A stretch of 64,000 bases of DNA. Source: a bacterium (GTDB lineage Bacteria; Zhuqueibacterota; Zhuqueibacteria; Residuimicrobiales; Krinioviventaceae). Where the stretch lies: contig CAXXFV010000004.1 of NCBI GenBank assembly GCA_963674595.2, positions 256,001 to 320,000 of the forward strand, read 5' to 3'. Shown one piece after another: positions 1 to 10,091 of this stretch. The position numbers and the translations under genes are program-made. Position 1 is the first letter of the stretch. The number at the start of each line of letters is the position of its first letter. Below the pieces are notes generated by a model, which was given only the letters and a program-made list of their open reading frames with translations, had not been told where the DNA came from and ran no database searches.

Positions 1-294
1 TAAACTATTTCCGAGTCCGGTTCTTTTCAAAAAAACAGTATCCTGTTTTACGTTTATTGTAAAACCGCCCTTCAATTTAGAAGACGCTGCCATAATAACC
101 GTAGAAAGTTGAAACTCCCTGGGAAATATAATAGCTATTTCAGCATCAGATCGAATTTCATTTTCTGCTCGAAATTCAAATTTGTAAGCGGCAGGTTTAT
201 TGGGCTTTGTGTGTGCTGCTGAGACACGTAAGCCCTGTGCCTGTAAACCACCGGCAATACATAATACAAAAAATACTAATCTGTATAATTTCAT
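1..294 (-). CDS. Secreted hypothetical protein, 5' part only (runs off window edge)
   Basis: Not in the ORF track. Translated by hand from ATG at 294: MKLYRLVFFVLCIAGGLQAQGLRVSAAHTKPNKPAAYKFEF..., open to position 1, with a Sec-type signal peptide (LQA|Q). Confidence 0.75.
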   Translation of the reverse strand, partial: MKLYRLVFFVLCIAGGLQAQGLRVSAAHTKPNKPAAYKFEFRAENEIRSDAEIAIIFPREFQLSTVIMAASSKLKGGFTINVKQDTVFLKRTGLGNSL

Positions 295-461
295 ATATTT
301 CACAAGCTATTTTTATTGAATTTGGTTACTATTCATTTATAAAACATATATTCTGATCATTTAGTTTCCTTTTTTTCCACTGTTTCACAGCAAACAAAAG
401 TGTTTAACAAAGGAACACTAAATAGCTCTAAAGTCTGATTTTTAAAGGCTTTTAATTAATC

Positions 462-477
462 AGCAAACTTTATACCA
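462..477 (-). promoter_or_regulatory. Putative sigma54 (-24/-12) promoter
   Basis: Minus strand reads TGGTATAAAGTTTGCT, giving GG-N10-GC spacing that matches TGGCAC-N5-TTGCW. It lies about 170 bp upstream of the CDS starting at 294. Confidence 0.55.
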
Positions 478-705
478 CAGTAAATATACGGGATTCAGTC
501 ACGAAAACTGTGATGAATAATACATTTCTTCATTTTTTAAATTTGTAATTTTTTTCCATAAGGCATGGCCAAGAGCCGTTTGTTGCCTGTCAAAGTTGCC
601 TAATCTATAAACAGCCACTCAGTTTTTAATGAGGCTGTATTGGTGTGAGAATAATTTAATCTAAAATATTTATACAAAAATTGCAACAAAATAATTAATT
701 ATTTT

Positions 706-1848
706 TTATTTAAACAATGCTCTCAGCAAAATCAAAAAGCCACGAACATCATTTTCCAAAAGTTTTAAATTTTGTGAGGCTTTTTCAAAATCCGGATTTA
801 TTTTTAATGCTTCCCGGAATTCATCTGTCGATTTTATAAAAAAATGCCATGATTTGATCATGTATGCAATGCCAAGACTTTGATGTAAATCAGCATAATC
901 CGGATATTGCGAAATAGACTTTTCCATGGTTTTTAAATAATGATCGAGTGATTTATTATCCTTGTCCAAACCGGCAAACAAATACTGAAGATAAAATTCG
1001 CTGTCAACAATACTGCTTTTGCTGGTAAAACTGGTGGATTTGGAAGCACCTTTGATAAGGTCAAAAGCCTGTTGAATTTTATCCTTTTCATCCAGTAAAT
1101 CAATACCTTTATCAAAAAGCTCAATATCATATACATCCGGCGACAGTGATTTGGCTTTTTGCAGATATCCAACAGCTTCTTTAATGCGCTCTATAGGCGG
1201 AACCAAATCCTTATTTTTTGGATCAAGAATGCAACTCTCTAACAGTAAAAGTCCCAGTTCAAAATAGGCTTTATGGTAATCGGGATTTATTTCAAAAGAT
1301 TTTTTAATATGTTCAATCCCGGCAAGGACATTCTTTAACATCCATTGACATTTTCCATACAACAGTTGCAAATCGGCATATTCGGGATTTTTGTCAACTG
1401 CTATTTCAAGTTTTTCAATGGCTTTATCATATTCTTTGTTATAAAAAAGAGCCTTACCATGTTCATAATTACAACAGTCCTTATCAGATCCGAGCTCCGA
1501 TGCCTGTTCAAAAGCTGCAATTGCTTCTGAGAAAAATCCTTTTTCCAGAAAAAGTAATCCCAATCTTTTTACGGATGAAAATTGTTTGGAGGATTCTACT
1601 TTAGTGGCTACATCAAATAATAACTCAATATCAGACAAGACCAAATCATGAAATTGTTTTACTTCTCTTTTTAATCTGGATGAAGAAATATCATCTTTGG
1701 ATAGAGGCGCTTCCCGTGTATCCAAAAGGGCGCCAGCATCGAAAATACATGATACGGCTAACTGATTGTCGCTGTTATAACTTGTTTGAATGTGAAGTTG
1801 ACGATTGCCAACTTTGAGATTGCTATTCAAACCAATTTCGTCTGACAT
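706..1848 (-). CDS. TPR-repeat protein with uncharacterised N-terminal domain
   Basis: Several TPRs (e.g. KNPEYADL, QYPDYADLHQSLG, ALKINPDF). Likely ATG at 1848. Confidence 0.8.
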   Translation of the reverse strand: MSDEIGLNSNLKVGNRQLHIQTSYNSDNQLAVSCIFDAGALLDTREAPLSKDDISSSRLKREVKQFHDLVLSDIELLFDVATKVESSKQFSSVKRLGLLFLEKGFFSEAIAAFEQASELGSDKDCCNYEHGKALFYNKEYDKAIEKLEIAVDKNPEYADLQLLYGKCQWMLKNVLAGIEHIKKSFEINPDYHKAYFELGLLLLESCILDPKNKDLVPPIERIKEAVGYLQKAKSLSPDVYDIELFDKGIDLLDEKDKIQQAFDLIKGASKSTSFTSKSSIVDSEFYLQYLFAGLDKDNKSLDHYLKTMEKSISQYPDYADLHQSLGIAYMIKSWHFFIKSTDEFREALKINPDFEKASQNLKLLENDVRGFLILLRALFK

Positions 1849-1910
1849 AATCAATTCTCTTTTTTAATTTATTATTTAACAAGAACAATTAATATAAAAT
1901 TATTCTCATG

Positions 1911-3104
1911 TTATTTCAACGATAAAAGCCCGTTTTCAATCCGATCCAACGCTTTTTTCAGGACATCCATAGATGTCGCAAAGGACAGCCTGACGTGTTT
2001 ATCCATACCGAAAGCAATACCCGGTACTATAGCAACATTAAATTTTTCTAAAAGATAGCGACACAGATCAACTGACGAATTTATAGCTATATCATTATAA
2101 AATTTACCAAAATAGGCGCTAATTTCTGGAAAAGCGTAAAAAGCGCCATCCGGTATATTACATGTTACATTCGGAATGGCATTAAGCCGTCCACAAACAT
2201 AATCCCTCCGCTCTGTAAAAGCTTTGTTCATTGTTTGTATAAAGTCTTTACTGCCTTTATAAGCTGAAAACGCGGCTTTTTGAGAAATCGAGGCCGGATT
2301 AGAGGTACTATGCCCCTGGTATTTCTTTACAGCCGCTGCAACATTTTTATTTGCCGCTAAAAATCCGATTCTCCAGCCTGTCATTGCAAAACTTTTCGAA
2401 ACACCGTTAACAAGCAAAAGTTGGTCCTTCAGGTCTTTATATTTAGTAAAACTCGTAAATTTTAAATTATCATATAAAATATTATCATAAATTTCGTCTG
2501 ACAAAATATAAATACCTGTTTCCCGAATAACATCAGCAATTTCATCCAGTTCCTGTTCGCTATAAACAGCGCCTGAAGGATTATTAGGGGAATTGAGTAT
2601 CAGTAATTTTGTTTTGTTTGTTATGGAATTTTTCAACTGTTTCGCTGTTATTTTTAATTTGTTTTTTTCATTGCTCTCCATTTCACAAACAACAGCACCC
2701 GGTAATTTAATTTGTTCAGGGTAACTGACCCAATAGGGTTTTGGAAGCAGTACCTCATCACCAGGATCACAAACAGCACATATAGCCTGATAAACAGCAT
2801 GTTTACCGCCGCTGGTAATTATTATTTCCGAAGCATCATATTCTGCCTGATATTGTTCCAGCAACCAGGCAGCAATAGCATCTTTTAAATCAAGAGAACC
2901 ATCGGCAGGTGTATATTTTGTAAAACCTTGCTGAATCGCCTGAATAGCCGCATCTTTAATATGTTGAGGGGTATCAAAATCAGGTTCACCGGCACCAAGA
3001 GTAACAATATCTTTGCCTTCTCGCTGCATTTTAGCTAAAAGACCACTCAACGCAACTGTTTGCGATTCTGCAATATTTTTAAATCTTTTTGAAATTTCAG
3101 GCAT
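1911..3104 (-). CDS. aspC: PLP-dependent class I/II aminotransferase (aspartate aminotransferase-like)
   Basis: GEPDFDTP, NSPNNPSG, SDEIY and SKSFAMTGWRIG motifs. Likely ATG at 3104. Confidence 0.85.
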   Translation of the reverse strand: MPEISKRFKNIAESQTVALSGLLAKMQREGKDIVTLGAGEPDFDTPQHIKDAAIQAIQQGFTKYTPADGSLDLKDAIAAWLLEQYQAEYDASEIIITSGGKHAVYQAICAVCDPGDEVLLPKPYWVSYPEQIKLPGAVVCEMESNEKNKLKITAKQLKNSITNKTKLLILNSPNNPSGAVYSEQELDEIADVIRETGIYILSDEIYDNILYDNLKFTSFTKYKDLKDQLLLVNGVSKSFAMTGWRIGFLAANKNVAAAVKKYQGHSTSNPASISQKAAFSAYKGSKDFIQTMNKAFTERRDYVCGRLNAIPNVTCNIPDGAFYAFPEISAYFGKFYNDIAINSSVDLCRYLLEKFNVAIVPGIAFGMDKHVRLSFATSMDVLKKALDRIENGLLSLK

Positions 3105-3127
3105 ATTATTCTTTATAAAACAAATAG

Positions 3128-4105
3128 TTAATTTGCTTTCAAGCTGCAAATACAAGCCACATTTATAATATCTTCAACCTTACATCCGCGTGACAGATCA
3201 TTCGCAGGTTTTGCCAGGCCCTGAATAATGGGTCCGATTGCTTCTGCACCGGCCAACCGTTCCACCAGCTTGTAACCAATATTGCCTGCCTGAAGGTCCG
3301 GGAAAATTAGTACGTTAGCTTTGCCGGCAACTGCGCTTCCCGGTGCTTTTTTAGAACCCACGGCTTCAACCAAAGCAGCATCAGCCTGCATTTCGCCGTC
3401 TATCTTGAGCACCGGATTTGCTTCCCGGGCCAAAGCAAGGGCTTTTTGCACTTTTTCAACATTAGGATGTTGGGCACTCCCCATTGTCGAAAAGGACAGC
3501 ATGGCAACAACAGGTTCTTCACCTGTTAAACTCTGGTGTGTATTCGCAGAGGCTAAAGCAATATCAGCAAGTTGTTCTGCCGTTGGATCCGGAATTACAG
3601 CACAATCGGCAAAAGTCATCATTCTTCCATCTTTTAATGCCATTAAAAAGGTACTTGAAACGGAAGAAAATCCTTTGGCAACACCAATTATCTGAATAGC
3701 TGCGCGTAATACATCTCCGGTTGTGTTAACCGCACCGGCAACACTTGCCGCTGCTCTTTCTTTTTTTACAACCATGGCAGCATAATATAACGGATCAGCC
3801 AAAATTTTTGCCGCTTTTTCAGAATCCATACCTTTATGTTTTCGAAGTTCCACAAATGTTTCTATATAATCATTTTTAGAACTATCGGTTTCAGGATCGA
3901 TTATTTCAATATCAGAGATATTTACATTTATTTCAGCAGCAATTTTTTGAATTTCACTGGTATTTCCGACGAGTATGGGATTTACATATTTATCATCTTT
4001 ACAAATTCTAACAGCTTTTATAATCCGTTCATCGGTTGCTTCAGGAAAAACGATGGTTTTAATATTTTCTTTTGCTTTTTGCTGGATTTGAGATAAAATA
4101 TTCAT
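3128..4105 (-). CDS. pta: Phosphate acetyltransferase (short form)
   Basis: [35 protein letters not shown] and NDLSRGC motifs. Confidence 0.93.
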   Translation of the reverse strand: MNILSQIQQKAKENIKTIVFPEATDERIIKAVRICKDDKYVNPILVGNTSEIQKIAAEINVNISDIEIIDPETDSSKNDYIETFVELRKHKGMDSEKAAKILADPLYYAAMVVKKERAAASVAGAVNTTGDVLRAAIQIIGVAKGFSSVSSTFLMALKDGRMMTFADCAVIPDPTAEQLADIALASANTHQSLTGEEPVVAMLSFSTMGSAQHPNVEKVQKALALAREANPVLKIDGEMQADAALVEAVGSKKAPGSAVAGKANVLIFPDLQAGNIGYKLVERLAGAEAIGPIIQGLAKPANDLSRGCKVEDIINVACICSLKAN

Positions 4106-4584
4106 CAGGACCTCAATTTTTTAAAAAGTAATTGTTCAACATGTTGAGGAACAAAACAGGAAATTTCCCCGCCAAACCTTGCTAATTCTTTGACAATACT
4201 TGAATTTAAATAAGAATATTTTTCATGCGGCATCAAAAAAACAGTAACCAGCTCTTCATCCAACTTGCGGTTAACAAGAGCCATCTGAAATTCATATTCA
4301 AAATCGGATACGGCTCTGAGCCCACGTATTACGGCGTTTGCTTTACATTTTTTGGCATAATTAACAAGTAAACCGTTAAAGCTGTCAACCTGGACCTTTG
4401 GAAATTCTTTAACAGAATATTTAATAAGATCCATTCTTTCTTCTTCGTTAAAAAGAGGTTTTTTATTAATATTAACAGCAACAGATACGATAACTTTGTC
4501 AAAAAGTGTACAGGCACGTTTTATAATATCAATATGCCCGTAAGTTATTGGATCAAATGATCCTGGATATAAGGCGATTTTCAT
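4105..4584 (-). CDS. coaD: Pantetheine-phosphate adenylyltransferase
   Basis: [12 protein letters not shown] and [12 protein letters not shown] motifs. ATG at 4584. Confidence 0.96.
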   Translation of the reverse strand: MKIALYPGSFDPITYGHIDIIKRACTLFDKVIVSVAVNINKKPLFNEEERMDLIKYSVKEFPKVQVDSFNGLLVNYAKKCKANAVIRGLRAVSDFEYEFQMALVNRKLDEELVTVFLMPHEKYSYLNSSIVKELARFGGEISCFVPQHVEQLLFKKLRS

Positions 4585-4588
4585 GTTG

Positions 4589-5140
4589 TTACTCAACATT
4601 GTATTGGTAAATTATTATTTGGGTATCACCAAAATTTTTTTGTTTAAATATTTGGAATGTATCAGATACTGAGATAGTATTCTGGGGACCAGTTTCACAT
4701 ATTAGGAAACACTTTTTTTGTAAAATATTTAATTGATCCATTTTCAAGAGCAATTCAGATAATTTTTTATAATTATAAGGCGGATCACAGAACACCAGGT
4801 CAAAAGACCAGTTTTTTTGTTGAGAAAATTTTAAAAATGATTCGGCGTTCATTCGAAAGGTTTGAGCCTGACATCCACACTTTTCAATATTTCTCCTGAC
4901 AAAATCAAGCGATTTGGATGAAGAATCAACAAATTTACATTCTCCGGCACCCCGGCTTAATGCTTCAATGCCGAGATTTCCACTTCCGGCAAATAAATCT
5001 AAAACATGATTATCTTTAATTTGTTGGTTTAAAACAGAAAAAATATACTCTTTTACTCTATTTGTCGTTGGGCGAACGCTGTTACCTGGTGGAGTAAAAA
5101 GCTTAAAACCTTTATATTGTCCGGTAATAACACGTATCAT
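4589..5140 (-). CDS. rsmD: 16S rRNA m2G966 methyltransferase
   Basis: MIRVITG, RPTT, LDLFAGSG.LGIEALSRGA and DPPY motifs. The rsmD-coaD linkage is classical. Confidence 0.93.
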   Translation of the reverse strand: MIRVITGQYKGFKLFTPPGNSVRPTTNRVKEYIFSVLNQQIKDNHVLDLFAGSGNLGIEALSRGAGECKFVDSSSKSLDFVRRNIEKCGCQAQTFRMNAESFLKFSQQKNWSFDLVFCDPPYNYKKLSELLLKMDQLNILQKKCFLICETGPQNTISVSDTFQIFKQKNFGDTQIIIYQYNVE

Positions 5141-5155
5141 ATTAAATATATGAAA

Positions 5156-5198
5156 GCCCCTCGATACTATCAACTAAAATGATAGCATCAAAAGGGGC
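5156..5198. other. Long imperfect intergenic stem-loop (possible terminator or mRNA stabiliser)
   Basis: GCCCCT..GAT.CTATCA-loop-TGATAG.ATC..AGGGGC between the PilNO-like gene and rsmD. Confidence 0.45.
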
Positions 5199-5219
5199 AA
5201 ACTTTTTTTTAAATATAGT

Positions 5220-6194
5220 TTATTGAGGATTTATTAAATGAAACCTTGTTACTAATGAAAAACTGTCATTTTGGGCCGTTAAAATAAGTTTTAACAGCTT
5301 GATATTCCAGCCCTGTTGTGAAATTTGTTTTAACAAATTTTCAATTTGAGTCATTGAACCATTACATTTTATATAAACCAAAGAACGTTTAGAGTTTTTC
5401 CATTGCTCTGGTTCATTTACTGCAAGCTCCTGAACAGTGATACCGGCATCAACAGCCATTTTTTTAAGACTGTTTTGAAAATCTAATCGTGTGATATTGG
5501 AGGAAGCAAATTCATTCATCCCACTGCGATTTGAGGTCATTAAGCCGTTTATAACATAGTGATTTCCGTGTCCAGGGACCAAACGAACATTAACTCGTTC
5601 TGAAAAAAGTGATGTCAATTTATCATAATAACTCTGCACATCAGTCTTTGATACAGATGTTACTTCTGCTAAAACAGAACTTTCATCCAAAAAGACAGAA
5701 CTAATTTTTACAGATTGAGACCTTTGCCCAAATAAATCATACAAAACAGACATAGCATTTGCAAAAGCTGATTCTTTAGCTGAAACAGTTTTTACGGGTT
5801 GTTGTTTCTGTTCCTGTGGTTTTTCTTGCTTGCTAGTAGGTTTTTCAACAATTTTTGTTGAAGGCGTCTTTAAACTGTCTTCTGTGACAAATGGGTTTTC
5901 AGATGGTGGTGGTAACAATTCTGTTGTCTTTCTACCTTTGAAAAAACCCAAATAAACTGCTGCTGTACCAACGACAAAGACCATTATGATAAGAATTATA
6001 GGTAAAAGAATAGATTTTTGTTTCTTAACTTTTCTATAATCTTTATCACTTTGTTCTTTTTCTGTTGGTTCCTCTTCCGGCGGCTGAGCAATGACAGGTT
6101 CTTCACCCAAATCGTCAAAATCCTGATCGGGAATAGTTGTGTCTTCCTCAGAATGATTAATTCTTTTTTCAAGTTCATCATTTAATAAGTTCAT
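5220..6194 (-). CDS. Bitopic membrane protein, putative PilN/PilO-like fusion
   Basis: Acidic N-terminus, one TM segment and a Pro/Lys/Gln linker, then two alpha/beta modules. The second (LKKMAVDAGITVQEL...IKCNGSMTQIENLLKQI) resembles PilO/GspM. It directly follows the pilM-like gene. Confidence 0.5.
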   Translation of the reverse strand: MNLLNDELEKRINHSEEDTTIPDQDFDDLGEEPVIAQPPEEEPTEKEQSDKDYRKVKKQKSILLPIILIIMVFVVGTAAVYLGFFKGRKTTELLPPPSENPFVTEDSLKTPSTKIVEKPTSKQEKPQEQKQQPVKTVSAKESAFANAMSVLYDLFGQRSQSVKISSVFLDESSVLAEVTSVSKTDVQSYYDKLTSLFSERVNVRLVPGHGNHYVINGLMTSNRSGMNEFASSNITRLDFQNSLKKMAVDAGITVQELAVNEPEQWKNSKRSLVYIKCNGSMTQIENLLKQISQQGWNIKLLKLILTAQNDSFSLVTRFHLINPQ

Positions 6195-6248
6195 AATTAC
6201 CCCGCACGCCTCAAGTTAGTCATTAGTATCAATATTATCATTTTAAAC

Positions 6249-7220
6249 TTAAACGATTGCCATACCAAAACTGGTAAAATATTTTTCAGGATGATCTGAT
6301 ATGAGTTGTTTCTTATCATCAGACAGTTCTTCTGAAAAGTCTTCGAATGGTGGGATAATCGTAACCTCTACAGATTTGTTCAACTTGAAAAGCTGTTCTT
6401 TTAACGCCATGGTAGCGGTACCACCGAAAAGGAAAATATTGGAATAGCTTGTAGGGTATTTTATTGTATCAGCAAATTTTAATACTTTACTTAATTCTTC
6501 ATTATAAAGAGCTGCTAATTCATCTGCCGGAGCATCCAATAAGGTTTTTTCCTGTGCCTCTGAATTAATAGAAGGTAATTCTCTTAAAGTTATTAAATCA
6601 TCTTTAAAATAGACAGAAATATCTGCCAGAGATCGCTCACATTTTATAATAGCAGTGAGACCTTTATCTTCTTTATTATGAACAATATAATTTAAAGCCC
6701 GTAAATTAGCTAATACATCAATGTCTATACGGTTCAAGTTTATATCTGCTTGCTGAAATGCATTTTTTATAAAGTCTATAACAGCTTTTCTAACAGCAAC
6801 AAACATAACATGGTTTAAACTTGTATGATGTTGACCAATAACCTCATAACCAATATTAAATTCTTTTCGGTTATCAATTAATAGCTGATTGGCTTCCCAG
6901 GCAATTTGTTGAGAAAGTTCAAATTCGTTCATGCCCTTATCAATAGGAACTGTTTTTAATAAAACAAGACGTCTATTAATAGCCAGTCTTACATCTTTGG
7001 AAGCAAAATCAATTTGATTTTTAAGATCATTTAGTGTTGCAACCAGCATTGGTAACATTTGAGGATCCGCAACGGATTCGAAATCAAAAGAAAAATCCAT
7101 TTCAGCTTCAGCAGCATTAGAGACAAAATAATTTCCATTATGCTTTTGGACTTCGATAACTCTCAAGCAAGGCCCGATAAGATCAAGGCCTAAAAATGAA
7201 TTTTCTTTGTTTTCGTTCAT
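6249..7220 (-). CDS. pilM: PilM-like actin-fold pilus assembly protein
   Basis: LGLDL...LRVIEV, IAWEANQL, VMFVAVRKAVID, IDIDVLA.LRA, IFLFGG and C-terminal FGMAI follow the PilM pattern. Confidence 0.72.
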   Translation of the reverse strand: MNENKENSFLGLDLIGPCLRVIEVQKHNGNYFVSNAAEAEMDFSFDFESVADPQMLPMLVATLNDLKNQIDFASKDVRLAINRRLVLLKTVPIDKGMNEFELSQQIAWEANQLLIDNRKEFNIGYEVIGQHHTSLNHVMFVAVRKAVIDFIKNAFQQADINLNRIDIDVLANLRALNYIVHNKEDKGLTAIIKCERSLADISVYFKDDLITLRELPSINSEAQEKTLLDAPADELAALYNEELSKVLKFADTIKYPTSYSNIFLFGGTATMALKEQLFKLNKSVEVTIIPPFEDFSEELSDDKKQLISDHPEKYFTSFGMAIV

Positions 7221-7261
7221 TACTATGCCACCATTTTAGTTAAGTTTTAAATACCTAATTT

Positions 7262-7936
7262 TTATTTCCAGGTCTTTTCAACGCTTTCAATAGAGCCATG
7301 GTTCGTTATGGTCAAACCACCGAGTTTGCTAAGTTTAAAATCAGACGCAACTTTTAAACTATCCAACGAATCAATGGGACAATAAATATTCACTACTTTG
7401 ATGACAGAAGTGTCGACTACAGTTATACGATAAGAATCAGCTACTGTTGGGCACAAAAACATGTTATCAAGGCTGAAAAGAGCGATTGAATCAATTTTCA
7501 ATGCAAACTCTGGGTATGATCTTAAAGAATCCAAAATCATGGTTTCTGTAGTGTCAATATCCCATTTACGCCCAAACTCGGCCAAAGTATCAACAATCGA
7601 TTTCGACAGATCATCTAGGTTTTTCATGTAATCCACAATACTGACGGATAAAATAGAATCACTTTTTGTATAGCTTCTTAACATTCTTCCGGTTGTATCA
7701 GATTTTATAAAATCCACTACCTCTGTGATTTTATTGTTAAAAGAATCTGTTTCCGCCAGATAAACATATTCAGCATATAAAATATGTTCCATATTTTGTC
7801 GACACAATTTTGTTAACTGTTCTTCTTTCTTCCACAAGGAATCCGGATACAAAATTGAAGCAATAACGGCAGCCGCTAAAACAACAATTAAAATTTTGTA
7901 AATTATGGAGCCCTTTGGACTAGCATCCTTTGCCAT
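7262..7936 (-). CDS. Membrane-anchored hypothetical protein, pilin-like N-terminal helix
   Basis: PKG|SIIYKILIVVLAAAVIASILYP followed by amphipathic CRQNMEHILYAEYVY, with additional cysteines. Confidence 0.55.
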   Translation of the reverse strand: MAKDASPKGSIIYKILIVVLAAAVIASILYPDSLWKKEEQLTKLCRQNMEHILYAEYVYLAETDSFNNKITEVVDFIKSDTTGRMLRSYTKSDSILSVSIVDYMKNLDDLSKSIVDTLAEFGRKWDIDTTETMILDSLRSYPEFALKIDSIALFSLDNMFLCPTVADSYRITVVDTSVIKVVNIYCPIDSLDSLKVASDFKLSKLGGLTITNHGSIESVEKTWK

Positions 7937-7977
7937 TTTTCCTCCTACTACTCTTCAAAACCAAGTTTTGTAGTTGG

Positions 7978-8406
7978 TCAGTCTACGGTTATTTTTGTTT
8001 TTATTTGTTCAAATGTTTTTTGACCGATACGTTTCACATGAGTTATTTCATTGATTGTTTTAAAAGGACCGTTTTCATGCCGATATTTTATAATATTTTC
8101 TGCAATCTTGGGTCCAATTTTGGGTAGCGTCTGTAATTCTTCACACGACGCATTGTTAATGTTAATTTTTTTTGTTAGGAACTTTTTATGTTCTTTTACA
8201 TTGTTGTAATTAATCGCTTCTAAAGAATCCGTATTTTTTAATGTCAACTTTTGAAATTCAGCCAACATTTCCTGATGTTTTGTCTGCCATTCTTTACCGG
8301 ACTTTTTAGTAATATAGTTCTTATAAAAGGTGACTGCAACACCTAAAATAAAAACACAACATAATAATAGAATAAACTTTTGTTCTTGTTTCGAAAAACC
8401 GAACAT
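7978..8406 (-). CDS. comEA: ComEA-family helix-hairpin-helix DNA-binding protein
   Basis: N-terminal TM segment, then ININNAS.EELQTLPKIGPKIAENII.YR..NGPF...VKRIG. Confidence 0.9.
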   Translation of the reverse strand: MFGFSKQEQKFILLLCCVFILGVAVTFYKNYITKKSGKEWQTKHQEMLAEFQKLTLKNTDSLEAINYNNVKEHKKFLTKKININNASCEELQTLPKIGPKIAENIIKYRHENGPFKTINEITHVKRIGQKTFEQIKTKITVD

Positions 8407-8408
8407 TT

Positions 8409-9548
8409 TTACAGAATAGCTTCTTTCATTCGTTCAAAAAAACTCTTATCATCCTTTTGAGGAAAGATGTTTTCCTGTTTACTTAATTCTTTCAAAAGCT
8501 CCTTTTCTTTGGAACTGAGTTTTGTTGGTGTATAAACTAAAATCCTTACCAACTGATCACCAGAACCATAGGAATTTAAATGTGGAATGCCTTTGCCGCG
8601 CATACGAAGTATTTTACCGCTTTGAGTACCCGAACTAATCGAAATTTTCGCCTTACCTGTCAGCGTTGGTACTTCAATGTCGTCACCAAGTGCAACCTGT
8701 GGAAAGCTCAATTGGAGATTGTACACAATATCATCACCATGTCTTTCAAAAAGATCATGGGGCTTTTCTTCAATAATAACAATAACATCTCCGTTAGGAC
8801 CGTTGCGAGGCCCTGAATTACCGGCATTACGAATCGTTAAATACTGACCCTGTGCAACACCTGCAGGGATTTCGACATCAATAACAGCTTCTTTTTGTAC
8901 TCGCCCATCTCCACGGCATTCCAAACAAGCTTTGTCAATAATTTTTCCTTCCCCATGACAACGTTGGCATGTTTGGCTTACAGAAAAAAACCCTTGCCTG
9001 TACGCAACTTCTCCGGCACCATGACACATGGGACAATCAATCGTTGACGTACCGGGCTTTGCACCACTACCGTTACATGTTTCACATTTTTCTTGTCTGG
9101 AAAATTTTACTTTTTTAGTAACACCTTTGGCAATCTCTTCATAACTTAATTTAAGACGGATTTGCAAGTCGGAACCTCTTTTGGCAGCAGAGCGTCTTCG
9201 CCCGCTACTGCTCCCACCCATTCCAAAAATATCGCCAAAACCACCACCAAAAACTTCTCGAAATATATCAAAAGGATCGGAAAAGCCACCACCTTCAAAT
9301 CCGCCAAAACCACTGCCGCCGCCACGCATTCCGGCGCGGCCAAATTGGTTGTACTGTTGTCTTTTTTGTGGATTTGATAATACTGTGTAGGCTTCACCGA
9401 TAGCTTTAAATTTTTCTTCTGCTTCTTTATTTCCCGGATTTTTATCAGGGTGATATTGCATTGCAAGCTTTCGGTACGCTTTTTTTATTTCATTTGTATC
9501 AGCATCCCGACTAACACCCAATAACTCATAATAATCTTTTTCTATCAT
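8409..9548 (-). CDS. dnaJ: Chaperone DnaJ
   Basis: J-domain HPD motif, G/F region and four CxxCxGxG repeats. Confidence 0.97.
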   Translation of the reverse strand: MIEKDYYELLGVSRDADTNEIKKAYRKLAMQYHPDKNPGNKEAEEKFKAIGEAYTVLSNPQKRQQYNQFGRAGMRGGGSGFGGFEGGGFSDPFDIFREVFGGGFGDIFGMGGSSSGRRRSAAKRGSDLQIRLKLSYEEIAKGVTKKVKFSRQEKCETCNGSGAKPGTSTIDCPMCHGAGEVAYRQGFFSVSQTCQRCHGEGKIIDKACLECRGDGRVQKEAVIDVEIPAGVAQGQYLTIRNAGNSGPRNGPNGDVIVIIEEKPHDLFERHGDDIVYNLQLSFPQVALGDDIEVPTLTGKAKISISSGTQSGKILRMRGKGIPHLNSYGSGDQLVRILVYTPTKLSSKEKELLKELSKQENIFPQKDDKSFFERMKEAIL

Positions 9549-9564
9549 ATAATATCTTATTTTA

Positions 9565-10071
9565 TCACTTGCTAACTATTACTTTTGCATGACGCAAAAC
9601 ACGGTCTTTAAAAATATAACCTTTTATATGCTCTTCAACAACTATATTAGAGTCCTTGCCTTCTGCTTCAACCTGTAAAAGAGCATCATGACGTTCAGGA
9701 TCAAATTCCTGTCCCACACTTTCCATTATTTCCAAACCATGATCCTGCATAATTTTAAAAAAATTATTTCGTAATAAACTCAAACCTTCGACAAGTGTAT
9801 TCTTATCGCTGTCACTGGATGCTAATGATCTTTCCAAATCATCAAAAACAGGAAGCAACTCTTTAATAAACATGGAATTTGCTGTTTCAACAAGGTCACT
9901 TTTTTCACGAACTGTTCTTTTTTTGAAATTATCAAATTCGGCAGCAATTCTCAACAATTGATTTTTAAGTTCTTTATGCTCTTTTTCTAAGACAAAAAGT
10001 TCCTTTTTATAATTCCGTCGTTTTTTAGTTTTAGTTTCTTCGGCCGTTTGATTGTTAATATCTATATTCAT
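9565..10071 (-). CDS. grpE: Nucleotide exchange factor GrpE
   Basis: [27 protein letters not shown] and RVLRHAKV motifs. Confidence 0.95.
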   Translation of the reverse strand: MNIDINNQTAEETKTKKRRNYKKELFVLEKEHKELKNQLLRIAAEFDNFKKRTVREKSDLVETANSMFIKELLPVFDDLERSLASSDSDKNTLVEGLSLLRNNFFKIMQDHGLEIMESVGQEFDPERHDALLQVEAEGKDSNIVVEEHIKGYIFKDRVLRHAKVIVSK

Positions 10072-10091
10072 TTTATTATCAGTACTCTTTT

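Noticed and set aside
300-700. Possible riboswitch (e.g. c-di-GMP) in the 400-bp intergenic region
   Set aside because: Hairpins are present, but I could not match the conserved aptamer motifs. An Infernal/Rfam scan would be needed.
3321-3695. 124-aa antisense ORF within pta (and similar ORFs within dnaJ, mfd, nifJ, gyrA, gyrB)
   Set aside because: They lie fully inside well-supported conserved genes and have no recognisable motifs.
10079-10087. TCAGTACTC resembling a CIRCE half-site between hrcA and grpE
   Set aside because: There is no matching second arm at 9-bp spacing, and it overlaps the grpE ribosome-binding region.
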